From Candidatus Kapaibacterium sp. (GTDB lineage Bacteria; Bacteroidota; Ignavibacteria; Palsa-1295): a stretch of 64,000 bases of DNA. How positions within the stretch are numbered: the first letter of the stretch is position 1; each line of letters begins with the position of its first letter. The stretch lies in assembly GCA_046590205.1 (NCBI GenBank), contig JBKJTT010000068.1, positions 4,819 to 68,818 of the forward strand, written 5' to 3'. Shown here piece by piece: positions 7,667-16,578 of the stretch. A program made the translations under genes and the position numbers. Below the pieces are notes generated by a model, which was not told the DNA's origin, searched no databases, and worked only from the letters and a program-made list of their open reading frames with translations.

Positions 7667-9307
7667 ATGACAGAGAAAAACACAGGGACCCCTACACTTG
7701 AGGAGCGAATTAAAACTCTGCAGCATACAATAGAAAACGGTAATCATCCGATACCCGAACTCCTCCTTCAAACGGAAGCTCTTATCACCGAAGCAAAAGA
7801 ATTGGGTGATAATGACGCCCTCTACAAACTTCTCACTGCAAAAGCTTCACAACTCTATTTTTGTGGCAAGCATGAGGAATCAAAAGAGTTTTACCTCGAA
7901 GTATTAGAGCAATGCCTGGCAGAGAATCGAAAAGAAGCACTCCCAAGAATTTATCTTGCCTTAGGCAGGCTTTATTCTACCATGCAAGATGACCGAGTCG
8001 CGCTTGATTATATTCACTTATCAAAAGCCGCCGCCGAAGAGGTAGATGATAAAGAAATCATTGCAGAGGGCAATATACTCAAAGGCATAACTCTCGCCAA
8101 GAGCCAACAGTACAATGAAGCACTTGACGCTTATAACGAAGCTGCACGATATTCATACGAAACGAATAACACCCGAAGAATGGGCGCTATCTTCTTTTTG
8201 ATGGCACAGCTTCATCATCATGCTGAAAACTATCAATCTGCGAAAGAATCATGTGAGCTTGCAATAAAATACTTCACCGAGTGTGACAATAAACGCGGAA
8301 TACTTATTGCGACAACACGACTTGCCTCGATCATCAGCGCTCTTGATGACCATACCAGAGCACTTGATATCCTCAATGAGCATGAAGGACAGGTAACACA
8401 TTTTTCACTCCCATATATATCATGCGGGTTCTATACCATTAAAGCAGAGATTCTTTTGGCGGTAAAAGACTACAGCCGTTGCGAAGAAACGTTACATCTC
8501 GCTTATGGATTTGTATTAGAATCAAATAATCCTCGCAACTTACTTGACCTCTACACAACCTTTATTAGTCTTTATCTACAAACCGACAGAATTTCTCAAG
8601 CCAGGGAGTACCTTGAGCAGGCATATACTATCGCAAAGGATAATAATGATTCTCATTGGGAGATGAAATTGCACAAGCATGAATCTGACCTGTATGCCCA
8701 GATCGGCGACTATCAACAGGCTCTCACACAATATATCCTTTACCATGAACAGGATAAAAAAATAGCTGCCGAAACAACTGAAGAGTGGCTTGCCATTATA
8801 CGCATTAATCATGAGCTTATTGAGAAAGAGCGCGAATCAGAAATTTACCGGCTTCGGTCAGAAAAACTCCAGCGAGAGCTTGTCAGTAAGTCAACGCACC
8901 TTGCTTCTGAATCGGAGATATTGACACGTTTCAGAGAAGAGCTAAAGGAAGTACTCTCCGAGAGTACCGAAGCCAGCGTTATCCTCCGTAAAATTAAGGA
9001 GAAGGTTATCGAAATTCCAATGTCTGCAGTAAATTGGGAGGAATTCGACAGACACTTTCATGATGCACATCCTGATTTTACCAAAAACCTCCTCCAACGC
9101 TTCCCCGACCTCACCCCAATGGAAGCAAAAGTATGTACACTACTTAAGGTTGGACTTACTTCTAAAGAGATTGCCCATATCCTTGTCCTTTCTGAAAGAA
9201 GTATTGAGAACCACAGGTATCGCCTCCGCAAGAAGTTGGGCTTTGGCGAGCAGAATATTTCCCAATTCCTCAATAGCGTAGAAACACAACTGGTACCATC
9301 GCGGTAA
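7667..9307 (+). CDS. TPR-repeat protein with a C-terminal LuxR/GerE-type HTH (transcriptional regulator)
   Basis: N-terminal TPR-like repeats are followed by a C-terminal LuxR-type helix-turn-helix (LTPMEAKVCTLLKVGLTSKEIAHILVLSERSIENHRYRLRKKLG). Confidence 0.7.
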   Translation: MTEKNTGTPTLEERIKTLQHTIENGNHPIPELLLQTEALITEAKELGDNDALYKLLTAKASQLYFCGKHEESKEFYLEVLEQCLAENRKEALPRIYLALGRLYSTMQDDRVALDYIHLSKAAAEEVDDKEIIAEGNILKGITLAKSQQYNEALDAYNEAARYSYETNNTRRMGAIFFLMAQLHHHAENYQSAKESCELAIKYFTECDNKRGILIATTRLASIISALDDHTRALDILNEHEGQVTHFSLPYISCGFYTIKAEILLAVKDYSRCEETLHLAYGFVLESNNPRNLLDLYTTFISLYLQTDRISQAREYLEQAYTIAKDNNDSHWEMKLHKHESDLYAQIGDYQQALTQYILYHEQDKKIAAETTEEWLAIIRINHELIEKERESEIYRLRSEKLQRELVSKSTHLASESEILTRFREELKEVLSESTEASVILRKIKEKVIEIPMSAVNWEEFDRHFHDAHPDFTKNLLQRFPDLTPMEAKVCTLLKVGLTSKEIAHILVLSERSIENHRYRLRKKLGFGEQNISQFLNSVETQLVPSR

Positions 9308-9699
9308 ATCCTTTTTGCCGTCCGGTTAAAGATTTATTTGAATTGAGTACTTTTTGAGTAGTGGGAAGTACTTAATGTAGAGGTATATTTGCATTGTATA
9401 TAATGCCATGTATAACAATATGATAACCACACAAATAGGTGCACCTTCAAGTAGTATGGAATTCGTATTCCTTTGGTGTACAGATAATGAAGCGGTGTAT
9501 GATCTAGGATAATGATTAAACAGCCATGTTTCTTGAGTGGGGGTGAGACCCTTTTTTAGAGATATAGAATACACGCTTCGTATGAAAACGCCCGATGATA
9601 TATCCAAGGAACTTGGAAATGTCATCGGGCGTTGTATTGATTGTGAGACTTATAGGTGTAGGGGGGTTCCATTTAGGCCCTTTGTATCTAGAGTCAAGG

Positions 9700-9745
9700 T
9701 GAGAGAAAAGCCCCGTTGACTTCGGTTGACGGGGTTTATTTTTTG
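9700..9745 (+). terminator. Intrinsic terminator-like hairpin about 80 nt upstream of the M24 peptidase start
   Basis: ccccgttgac ttcg gttgacgggg forms a stem (with two G-U wobble pairs in RNA) and is followed by tttattttttg. Confidence 0.5.
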
Positions 9746-9824
9746 CCCACCGAAAAAAATCGTAATATGCGAAGTTTTCTTTCTCCCTTTGGTGTTATCC
9801 ACGCCCAGTATTAACAAGGTATTA

Positions 9825-10901
9825 ATGGCAAGACTTGCACGACTTCAACGGACGGTACGCGATCATGGGCTTGATGCCTTAGTCGTAACTCACCTGCCTA
9901 ACATCAACTATCTCATCGGTTATACCGGCTCGAACGGTATCCTCGTCGTTCCGGCGCAGGGTAAACCACATTTCTTTACCGATTTTCGCTATAAATCGCA
10001 AGTCAAGATAGAAGTTGCAGGTGCGAAGATCTCTATTGTTGATAGAGAGAAACAACTCCTTGATGCCTTTGTTGAGAAGCAACTCTTTAGTGATTTTGAT
10101 GCTGTGGGCTTTGAAGAGTACAAGTGCCCCTATCACGTCTATGATTTTATCCGCAAGAAATTCCGTCATTTGAAACTCGTTGCAAAACGAGAGATGGTCG
10201 AGACAATGACGATGATCAAGACAGATGATGAGATCGACGCAATCGCCAAAGCAGCAGCAATCGGTGATCAGGTCTTTACAAAAATACTTGATGTTATTAA
10301 ACCGGGCGTTACCGAACTTGAGGTTTCGGCAGAGATAAGTTACCATGCCAAAAAGCTTGGCGGCGAAGGCGATGCCTTCGAGATTATCGTTGCAAGCGGC
10401 GAGCGCACTGCTCTTCCGCACGGTATCGCAACCGATAGAAAGATCAAAAAGAACGAACTCGTCACAATTGATTTTGGCTGCCGCTACAAAGGATTTAATT
10501 CCGATATGACGCGCACCGTATCTGTCGGAAAAGTATCAACCGAGCTTCAGAAGATTTACGATATCGTTCGGGTTGCACAACAGCGCGCAATTGATAAAGC
10601 AAAGCCTGGCATGAACGGCAGAGAACTTGATAATGTCGCGCGTGATTACATCACGCTTCACGGCTACGGCTCGAAGTTCGGGCATGGTACCGGGCATGGC
10701 ATTGGTATCGAAGTACATGAAGTCCCCATCATTGCACAGCGAGGCGAACGCTTTATCCTTGAGCCGAGCATGGTATTCACTATCGAACCGGGTATCTATG
10801 TTGATGGTGTAGGTGGTGTGCGTATTGAAGATGATGTTGTCATTACAAATGACGGATGCACCGTTCTTAATAAAACTACGAAGGACTTGATCGTTCTTTA
10901 A
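9825..10901 (+). CDS. M24-family Xaa-Pro aminopeptidase (PepP/PepQ-like)
   Basis: A creatinase-like N-terminal domain precedes an M24 metal-ligand region (HGTGHGIGIEVHE...). The start is set at the internal ATG at 9825 (MARLARLQ); the upstream part of the ORF overlaps the terminator. Confidence 0.8.
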   Translation: MARLARLQRTVRDHGLDALVVTHLPNINYLIGYTGSNGILVVPAQGKPHFFTDFRYKSQVKIEVAGAKISIVDREKQLLDAFVEKQLFSDFDAVGFEEYKCPYHVYDFIRKKFRHLKLVAKREMVETMTMIKTDDEIDAIAKAAAIGDQVFTKILDVIKPGVTELEVSAEISYHAKKLGGEGDAFEIIVASGERTALPHGIATDRKIKKNELVTIDFGCRYKGFNSDMTRTVSVGKVSTELQKIYDIVRVAQQRAIDKAKPGMNGRELDNVARDYITLHGYGSKFGHGTGHGIGIEVHEVPIIAQRGERFILEPSMVFTIEPGIYVDGVGGVRIEDDVVITNDGCTVLNKTTKDLIVL

Positions 10902-10920
10902 TAACTGAAAAAATAGTAAA

Positions 10921-10949
10921 TAAAAAAGGCAGCTATTCGCTGCCTTTTT
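10921..10949. terminator. Bidirectional intrinsic terminator between the convergent M24 peptidase and lipoprotein genes
   Basis: aaaaaaggcagc tattc gctgcctttttt is a perfect stem flanked by an A-tract and a T-tract. Confidence 0.7.
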
Positions 10950-10952
10950 TAT

Positions 10953-11339
10953 TTAATTAATCACGAGGGTATCCCGCACCGTATCACGCAAGAACCCTTT
11001 ATAAAAATCCGGCTTCTCGAGCGCAAGCCAGCTTGTGTAGGTCCCGAGTGCTAACCCCGTTGGATGAGCCGTCACTTTTATCGGATGGGAGGAGATTGTA
11101 TCCCCTTCGGTTGCAAGATTATATTTAATGATCGATGTATCCCCTGCCCCTGCAATAAATACGGGGAACGGGCAGCCGCAGGTAACGACGGAGTTTACAG
11201 TACGAGTTGAGTCTGTTGCACGGAGGGTAGTTTTGGATGAATTATGCACGAGCATATTTTCCTCCGGCTCCGAAGCAGTCGGTGTGCAGGCAGCAAAAAA
11301 TGCTGCCGGTAGAAGTATGAGGAGAACTGATCTTTTCAT
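10953..11339 (-). CDS. Hypothetical lipoprotein
   Basis: A signal peptide with a lipobox (FFAACTP) is present. There is no recognisable domain. Confidence 0.5.
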   Translation of the reverse strand: MKRSVLLILLPAAFFAACTPTASEPEENMLVHNSSKTTLRATDSTRTVNSVVTCGCPFPVFIAGAGDTSIIKYNLATEGDTISSHPIKVTAHPTGLALGTYTSWLALEKPDFYKGFLRDTVRDTLVIN

Positions 11340-11399
11340 GGGTACTATTTAATACTACTTTATGAAATGGTATCAACGGCGAATTAGTTCTACTTCGCA

Positions 11400-12155
11400 A
11401 TGCTCGTTACTACTGACGCTATAGTTCTTCGCTCGCGCAAACAGGGGGATACCTCGAAGATATGTGCTATCTATACAAAGGAATACGGGCTGGTTGATGT
11501 CATCGCAAAGGGTGCAAGAGAAATGAAATCCAAGTTTGCCGGTTCGCTCGAACTTTTTATGCACATCACCGCCGTGTTCTATAAAAAGCAAGGCAAAGAA
11601 CTGTATCTGCTGGCAAAAGCAGAGAATGTAAGCCGCATGTCGGGTATTACGAACTCGCTTGCAAAGATAGAATCTGCGACAAAGATTGCCGAGCTGCTGC
11701 TAAATACCCTCCATGACGAAGAAAAGAACCCAAAACTTTTTACATTACTTTCGGCGACATTTGAAGCGATCTCCGCTGCCGCGACCGACGATCACGCTCG
11801 CTCGTTCTTATTCAGCTTTTATAATGAATTTGCAAAACTTGGCGGATTTGAGTTACACATCCCCGCCGAGATGCCACAAGGAAAGTACCCTGTCTTCGAG
11901 ATAGAGAAGGGCTGCGTCCTGATGATGGATTCCCCAATGACTGCTGAAAGCCGCTTTTATCTCCCGATAAGTCCGGAAGTCTGCGCTATCCTCCGTTTCT
12001 ACCAAAATAACGACGACCCCACGAAGGTGAACTTGAAAGTATCCGAGAATGCCGGCTTTATGCTCGAGCGTCTCTTTGCCGCGTATTTCTCTGCCCACAT
12101 AGAAGCTATCGGTAATAAAAAAAGCAAAAGCACGAAAGTATTTGCGAGCATGTAA
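11400..12155 (+). CDS. recO: DNA repair protein RecO
   Basis: The N-terminal OB-fold region (AIVLRSRKQGDTSKICAIYTKEYGLVDVIAKGAR) and an overall length of 251 aa are consistent with RecO. Confidence 0.8.
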   Translation: MLVTTDAIVLRSRKQGDTSKICAIYTKEYGLVDVIAKGAREMKSKFAGSLELFMHITAVFYKKQGKELYLLAKAENVSRMSGITNSLAKIESATKIAELLLNTLHDEEKNPKLFTLLSATFEAISAAATDDHARSFLFSFYNEFAKLGGFELHIPAEMPQGKYPVFEIEKGCVLMMDSPMTAESRFYLPISPEVCAILRFYQNNDDPTKVNLKVSENAGFMLERLFAAYFSAHIEAIGNKKSKSTKVFASM

Positions 12156-12181
12156 CTCGTTCTTTCGGCGGTACGTAAAAG

Positions 12182-13999
12182 ATGGCACATCGGCATGTTG
12201 GTCTATGTTATACACGTCCTAAATTACTACTACTGTTGGCTGATATTTTTATTTCATACTCCCGAAAAGATGCCGAACTGGCTATTGCGCTTGCCGAGCG
12301 GCTGCGTGGGACCGGTGCAACCGTTTGGATGGACACCGTTGCCATCGTGGCAGCTCAAACCTGGAGCGCGGAGATCGTGAATGCGATAAAAGAATGCAAG
12401 GCACTTGTGGTCTTGCTTTCTCCTGATTCTGTCGCATCACAGAATGTAACAAAAGAGGTCGCGCTTGCATCCGAAATGCGAAAGATCATTGTCCCTGTTA
12501 ATATAAGTGAATGCGAACTCAACGATGCAATGATCTATGCGCTTGCCGGACTGCACCGCATTTCCTATCATGATGAAGAGGCACTCTTGCGTTCGTTCGA
12601 GAAGCATGGGTTTGGTAATAGAGGAGCGGAAGTAAGTCCATCAGAACCGAAAGAACCGACTGAAGCTCGCACTGACAGAATGGAATGTGTCCGTCCCACT
12701 ACTCTGCACGTTGCCGTGCTTCCATTCGATGACCTATCTCCATCAAAAGATAATGACTGGTTCGCCGATGGGATGATGGATGAGTTAATTACTACATTCG
12801 ACTCGCTTGATACAGTAGTAGTCTGCCCTCGTACAGATGTGCTTTATTACAAAGGGAAACATCCGAAGTTACAAGAGATAGTCGATGATCTGGGTGTCAC
12901 TCATGTCATCGAAGGGAGTGTGCAGAAGATACTTGAGAAGATACGTATCAATGTGACGCTCACTGATGCGCGAAAGAATCAGCGGGTCTGGAGCGAAACG
13001 TATCAGGGTACGTTCGATGATGTATTTGAACTGCAAGATAAAACATGTTTTGCTATCACCGAAGCATTGCGTATCAGCTTGACCCCTGAAGACGAAAAGA
13101 AAATAGAACGCAAACCGACTGATAACACCGAAGCATACGAGTTACTTTTAAAAGCAACTGAGTATTACTATAGACAAACACGCGCCGACTATGAACATGC
13201 GTTGCAGCTCTATGAAGTTGCCGCAAAGCTTGACCCGCTTTGCACTCCGGTGTTTTCTGGTATAGCATCCTCGTCGCTCGAACTCTATAAGTCGTACTCA
13301 CATGATACGGCTGATCTGAAAAAAGCAGAAGACTCTATTGCTAAGATGACTGCCATCGAAGGAGAGACTGCCAGATCACTTCGTTTGATAAGTAATATCG
13401 AGTCATTGCGCGGCAACAACGAAGAAGCGCTTCGGTATGCACAAAAATCTCTTCAACTTGACCCGGACTATTCACCCGCATATCAAGCACTTGGTCTATC
13501 TCTAACGGCGCTTGGTCGTCTGGGCGAAGCTGCCGATGCCAGAGAGCGGAACGTGCAATTGACCATCAATAGTATCCACGTTCACTTTGGGTTGCTCATT
13601 GTGCTCGATCAACTTGGGGACATGGCGCGTTTGCAAGCAGCAGCACTTCGGGCTATACCCTTTTATGAAAAACATGTTCGGTTCAATCCCGATGATGTCA
13701 ATGCACAAGTGCAATTAGCAATGGTGTTGTACTTTGCGGCACGACCTGAAGAAGCAAAACTAAAGGCAGATGAGCTTGTCCTCGAGAAAACAATTGACGG
13801 CAATGCTCTCTATAATCTTACATGTCTCTACCTAAAACTAACAGACACCTCTCGCGCACTTGCAACATTTCGCCGAAGCATCGAAGCCGGATTTACCGAC
13901 ATCAAACTCTTCCGCACCGACCCCGATCTCGCACTCCTTCGCGAAAGCCCGGAATTTGAGCTGTTAGTAGGAGAGTTGGAAGAGAAGATAGCCACGTAG
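12182..13999 (+). CDS. TIR domain / TolB-N-like / TPR repeat protein
   Basis: An N-terminal TIR domain (DIFISYSRKD...VWMD...LLSPDSVASQNVTKEVALA) has a candidate catalytic Glu in the KEVALA stretch. The middle segment resembles the TolB-N-like module seen in TPR signalling proteins. The C-terminal half is TPR repeats. There is no Walker A motif and no transmembrane segment. Confidence 0.7.
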   Translation: MAHRHVGLCYTRPKLLLLLADIFISYSRKDAELAIALAERLRGTGATVWMDTVAIVAAQTWSAEIVNAIKECKALVVLLSPDSVASQNVTKEVALASEMRKIIVPVNISECELNDAMIYALAGLHRISYHDEEALLRSFEKHGFGNRGAEVSPSEPKEPTEARTDRMECVRPTTLHVAVLPFDDLSPSKDNDWFADGMMDELITTFDSLDTVVVCPRTDVLYYKGKHPKLQEIVDDLGVTHVIEGSVQKILEKIRINVTLTDARKNQRVWSETYQGTFDDVFELQDKTCFAITEALRISLTPEDEKKIERKPTDNTEAYELLLKATEYYYRQTRADYEHALQLYEVAAKLDPLCTPVFSGIASSSLELYKSYSHDTADLKKAEDSIAKMTAIEGETARSLRLISNIESLRGNNEEALRYAQKSLQLDPDYSPAYQALGLSLTALGRLGEAADARERNVQLTINSIHVHFGLLIVLDQLGDMARLQAAALRAIPFYEKHVRFNPDDVNAQVQLAMVLYFAARPEEAKLKADELVLEKTIDGNALYNLTCLYLKLTDTSRALATFRRSIEAGFTDIKLFRTDPDLALLRESPEFELLVGELEEKIAT

Positions 14000-14036
14000 C
14001 AAATCACAAAAATCCAATAACCCCATTAACCCGACG

Positions 14037-15809
14037 CTACCTCCCCACCATCTTCTTCAAATCCAACGACCAAGGCGTAACTGCTGCGCCTTGCTTGATG
14101 ACGTTCACACTTGCGCGCCAGCCGTCGGCAGGACAGGAGAGAGCAATATGATACGCTCCCGCAGGAAACGAACTCATATCTACTGCATACTGATGTAACC
14201 CATCAACATCGACTACCTCTTCACGAAGTACCGTTACTCCGATGCTGTTGAATACACGTAACTCAAGTATACCTTTTGTGCAGTTCTCAAATGTAAGGAC
14301 GGTCTTCTGATCGAGTGGGTTGGGTGAGGCATAAAGTTGTGTGGCCTGAAGCTTTTTCAGTTCTCGATCGGATGCTATGTTATTCAGATGTACCGGTATC
14401 TTCGAGGTACCATGCAATACGGCAATATATCCTACATCATCCCAGTCACGGTCAATATCTCTCTGGATTTTTGCGCAAGGATTTCCAATAATAATATCCT
14501 GCATATTATCACTGTCGGCAGTCAATGTATCGGGAACTCCACAATCATATTCTGACTGATAGTACATATCAATCTTATCGTTCATTGCATCACCGAGCAC
14601 ATAGAATGAATGAGTACCTGTAAAACCTGAGTAACTACTTCCACCACTATGTAATACACGATTTCCTGTACCCGTCATATCACCCATATCCCTTAATGCT
14701 TGAAAAGAGAAAATACCTTTAAATTGTGAATTGTACTTTGATGGTTTCCACATGAAGAAATCAGGCTTGTCTATCATTAGTCGTTTTTTCCCGAAATCAG
14801 GACCACCACGATAAATCCATAATGATTTTGTACTATCGTTGTCTGTCCCAAAAGATGGCATGAGATCAACCGAATGGTCATTTGGATCATTTCTTCGGTA
14901 AGCTTGCATTGTAAAAAAGAATGGAGACCAACTTCCCGAATCTAACCCATGCAGTTTCGGATTTTCATGCCGAGATAATAATGTATCAAAACGGATAGCA
15001 TTTGCAAATTTTTCCATGTTGAATGGGGGATCATTCTCATAAAAATACCCATTACTATAATAATCAAAGAAGACCGCGTCTGTTCTTCCTGAATTTCGGA
15101 AATCCGCATATGTACCATATCGACTGAATTCAAGTGAATCATATCTACCAAGACTCATTGCGGAATCATGTGTCACCATTTCTCCTGGATGATAGAGTGA
15201 GGAGCCACCTTTATACAACACAACATATGTGGTATCTCTATATCCAGGATTTCCTGTACCAACCATAAATAGTATGTCATCAACAGTATCAGAGGTAAGG
15301 CGAGCTACATAAGAAAGTGGAAAGGACATCCGGTCTATCGTCCAATCACTTTTCAAATTATATCGTAGCGTAGTAAATCGGGTTCTATTAAATCTACCAT
15401 TGTCGTCAGCCCAGAAAATAGTATCATATTGTTCGCCGAACACTATGACATCTGTATGCTGAGTATCTCTAAAGTGAGCAAACTTATAACTAGTCCCTAT
15501 CCAACCTCTGAAATCAAGATCTGTTTCTTCAACATTTTGGAGATCGTGAATATCAAGATCAGTACTAGTGCTAAAACTGCTAAAGATACCTAAATGCTTT
15601 GGTAAGCCATAGCTAATAATTCTTCTGTTATTTTCCCCTGGAAATTGCGGAATGTTATTTGTATAGCCGCCAAGTTCTTGTTGGTTTCTACTGCCATAGA
15701 CTGTATCAATATCTACCCCTAAAATAGGGTAAAAACAACCACTTTCAAACTGAGCATGAGCAATTCCCGCAGAAAGAACAAGATATGCTGTAATAATGAG
15801 TACTTTCAT
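14037..15809 (-). CDS. Hypothetical secreted protein with a T9SS C-terminal sorting domain
   Basis: The signal peptide is MKVLIITAYLVLSAGIAHAQ, with the start at the internal ATG 15809. The C-terminal region matches the Por/T9SS sorting-domain pattern (LYASPNPLDQKTVLTFE...GAYHIAL...), followed by a 17-aa tail. Confidence 0.6.
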   Translation of the reverse strand: MKVLIITAYLVLSAGIAHAQFESGCFYPILGVDIDTVYGSRNQQELGGYTNNIPQFPGENNRRIISYGLPKHLGIFSSFSTSTDLDIHDLQNVEETDLDFRGWIGTSYKFAHFRDTQHTDVIVFGEQYDTIFWADDNGRFNRTRFTTLRYNLKSDWTIDRMSFPLSYVARLTSDTVDDILFMVGTGNPGYRDTTYVVLYKGGSSLYHPGEMVTHDSAMSLGRYDSLEFSRYGTYADFRNSGRTDAVFFDYYSNGYFYENDPPFNMEKFANAIRFDTLLSRHENPKLHGLDSGSWSPFFFTMQAYRRNDPNDHSVDLMPSFGTDNDSTKSLWIYRGGPDFGKKRLMIDKPDFFMWKPSKYNSQFKGIFSFQALRDMGDMTGTGNRVLHSGGSSYSGFTGTHSFYVLGDAMNDKIDMYYQSEYDCGVPDTLTADSDNMQDIIIGNPCAKIQRDIDRDWDDVGYIAVLHGTSKIPVHLNNIASDRELKKLQATQLYASPNPLDQKTVLTFENCTKGILELRVFNSIGVTVLREEVVDVDGLHQYAVDMSSFPAGAYHIALSCPADGWRASVNVIKQGAAVTPWSLDLKKMVGR

Positions 15810-15868
15810 CTCTATAAAGACACGCGAGAATCCAAATGGATGCGTAGTGTCAGGGCAAAAATACGTCA

Positions 15869-16048
15869 TATCGTAGGGGCTCGCCGGTGGCGTGCCTGTT
15901 TTCAGCTCCGATAGAAGTTACGTTTCGCTCCTACGGAGCTCTGGAATGTTGCGGATACTTTTCCAGGGGCTCACGCCCCTGGCTACCGACGTGCCGCTCC
16001 TATCGGAGCTAAGGGGGCAGGGCACGCCACCGGCGAGCCCCTACGATA
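15869..16048. repeat. GC-rich nested palindromic element (MITE-like, or a structured RNA or operator) in the 770-bp divergent intergenic region
   Basis: The outer inverted repeat tatcgtaggggctcgccggtggcgtgcctg (15869-15898) pairs with cagggcacgccaccggcgagcccctacgata (16018-16048), about 30 bp with one indel. TA dinucleotides flank both ends. Inner hairpins are cagctccgatag/ctatcggagct, gctcc-tac-ggagc and ccagggg-ctcacg-cccctgg. An internal direct repeat is cgctcctacggagc / cgctcctatcggagc. Confidence 0.6.
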
Positions 16049-16578
16049 GGTGCCTATGGGAATTGGCGAAAGCGGGGCAAAAACGTGGATTTCGGATATC
16101 CCCAAAGATTATCTTGTTGTTAATCAATAAGTTAGCGTGAATTTTTGGCGGACATCTTGCAAAACGTCAAATAATTTCGTAAATTTGCATGTCGGAGTTT
16201 GTCGCTCGTGGATTGTGATTCGTCGAAAATGCGGTTTTCCGATAGATTCTTCCATATCCAGATTCCTCATTTCGCTTCGCTCCATACGGAATGACGTCCC
16301 CGAAAACTAAAGCATGAACGTCTGCACCCCTAAACGTCCATTTCCCCTATATGTGTAAATTCTTAGCACCATCCCTGCAACCTACTACCCGTAACCTCCA
16401 ACCCTCATTAAAGTGGGGAAAAGTGGAAGAGGAGTGCACAATTAGAGTGTTGATTTATATGGGACTTACGAGGGAAAGTTGCGGAAAGTAAGGGCACAGA
16501 ATTATCCACACATTTTCCCCAAGATTTTTTGTAACCTTTTGGGAAGATAAGTGTCCTTTATATAGAGAATCTTACGAA

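Noticed and set aside
9537-9719. A 60-aa ORF in the gap upstream of the M24 peptidase gene.
   Set aside because: It is made entirely of the hairpin-plus-terminator region. It is better explained as a structured RNA or leader than as a protein.
13675-13695. A tRNA T-arm-like word (ggttcaatccc) that could suggest a hidden tRNA.
   Set aside because: It lies in the middle of the TIR-TPR coding sequence. No acceptor-stem complement or anticodon arm can be built around it. I treat it as coincidental.
15892-16140. An 82-aa ORF spanning the large palindromic element.
   Set aside because: It has no start context. Its composition is dictated by the GC-rich inverted repeat (Pro/Leu/Arg-rich), and the reverse-complement symmetry produces a mirror ORF. 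I treat it as non-coding.
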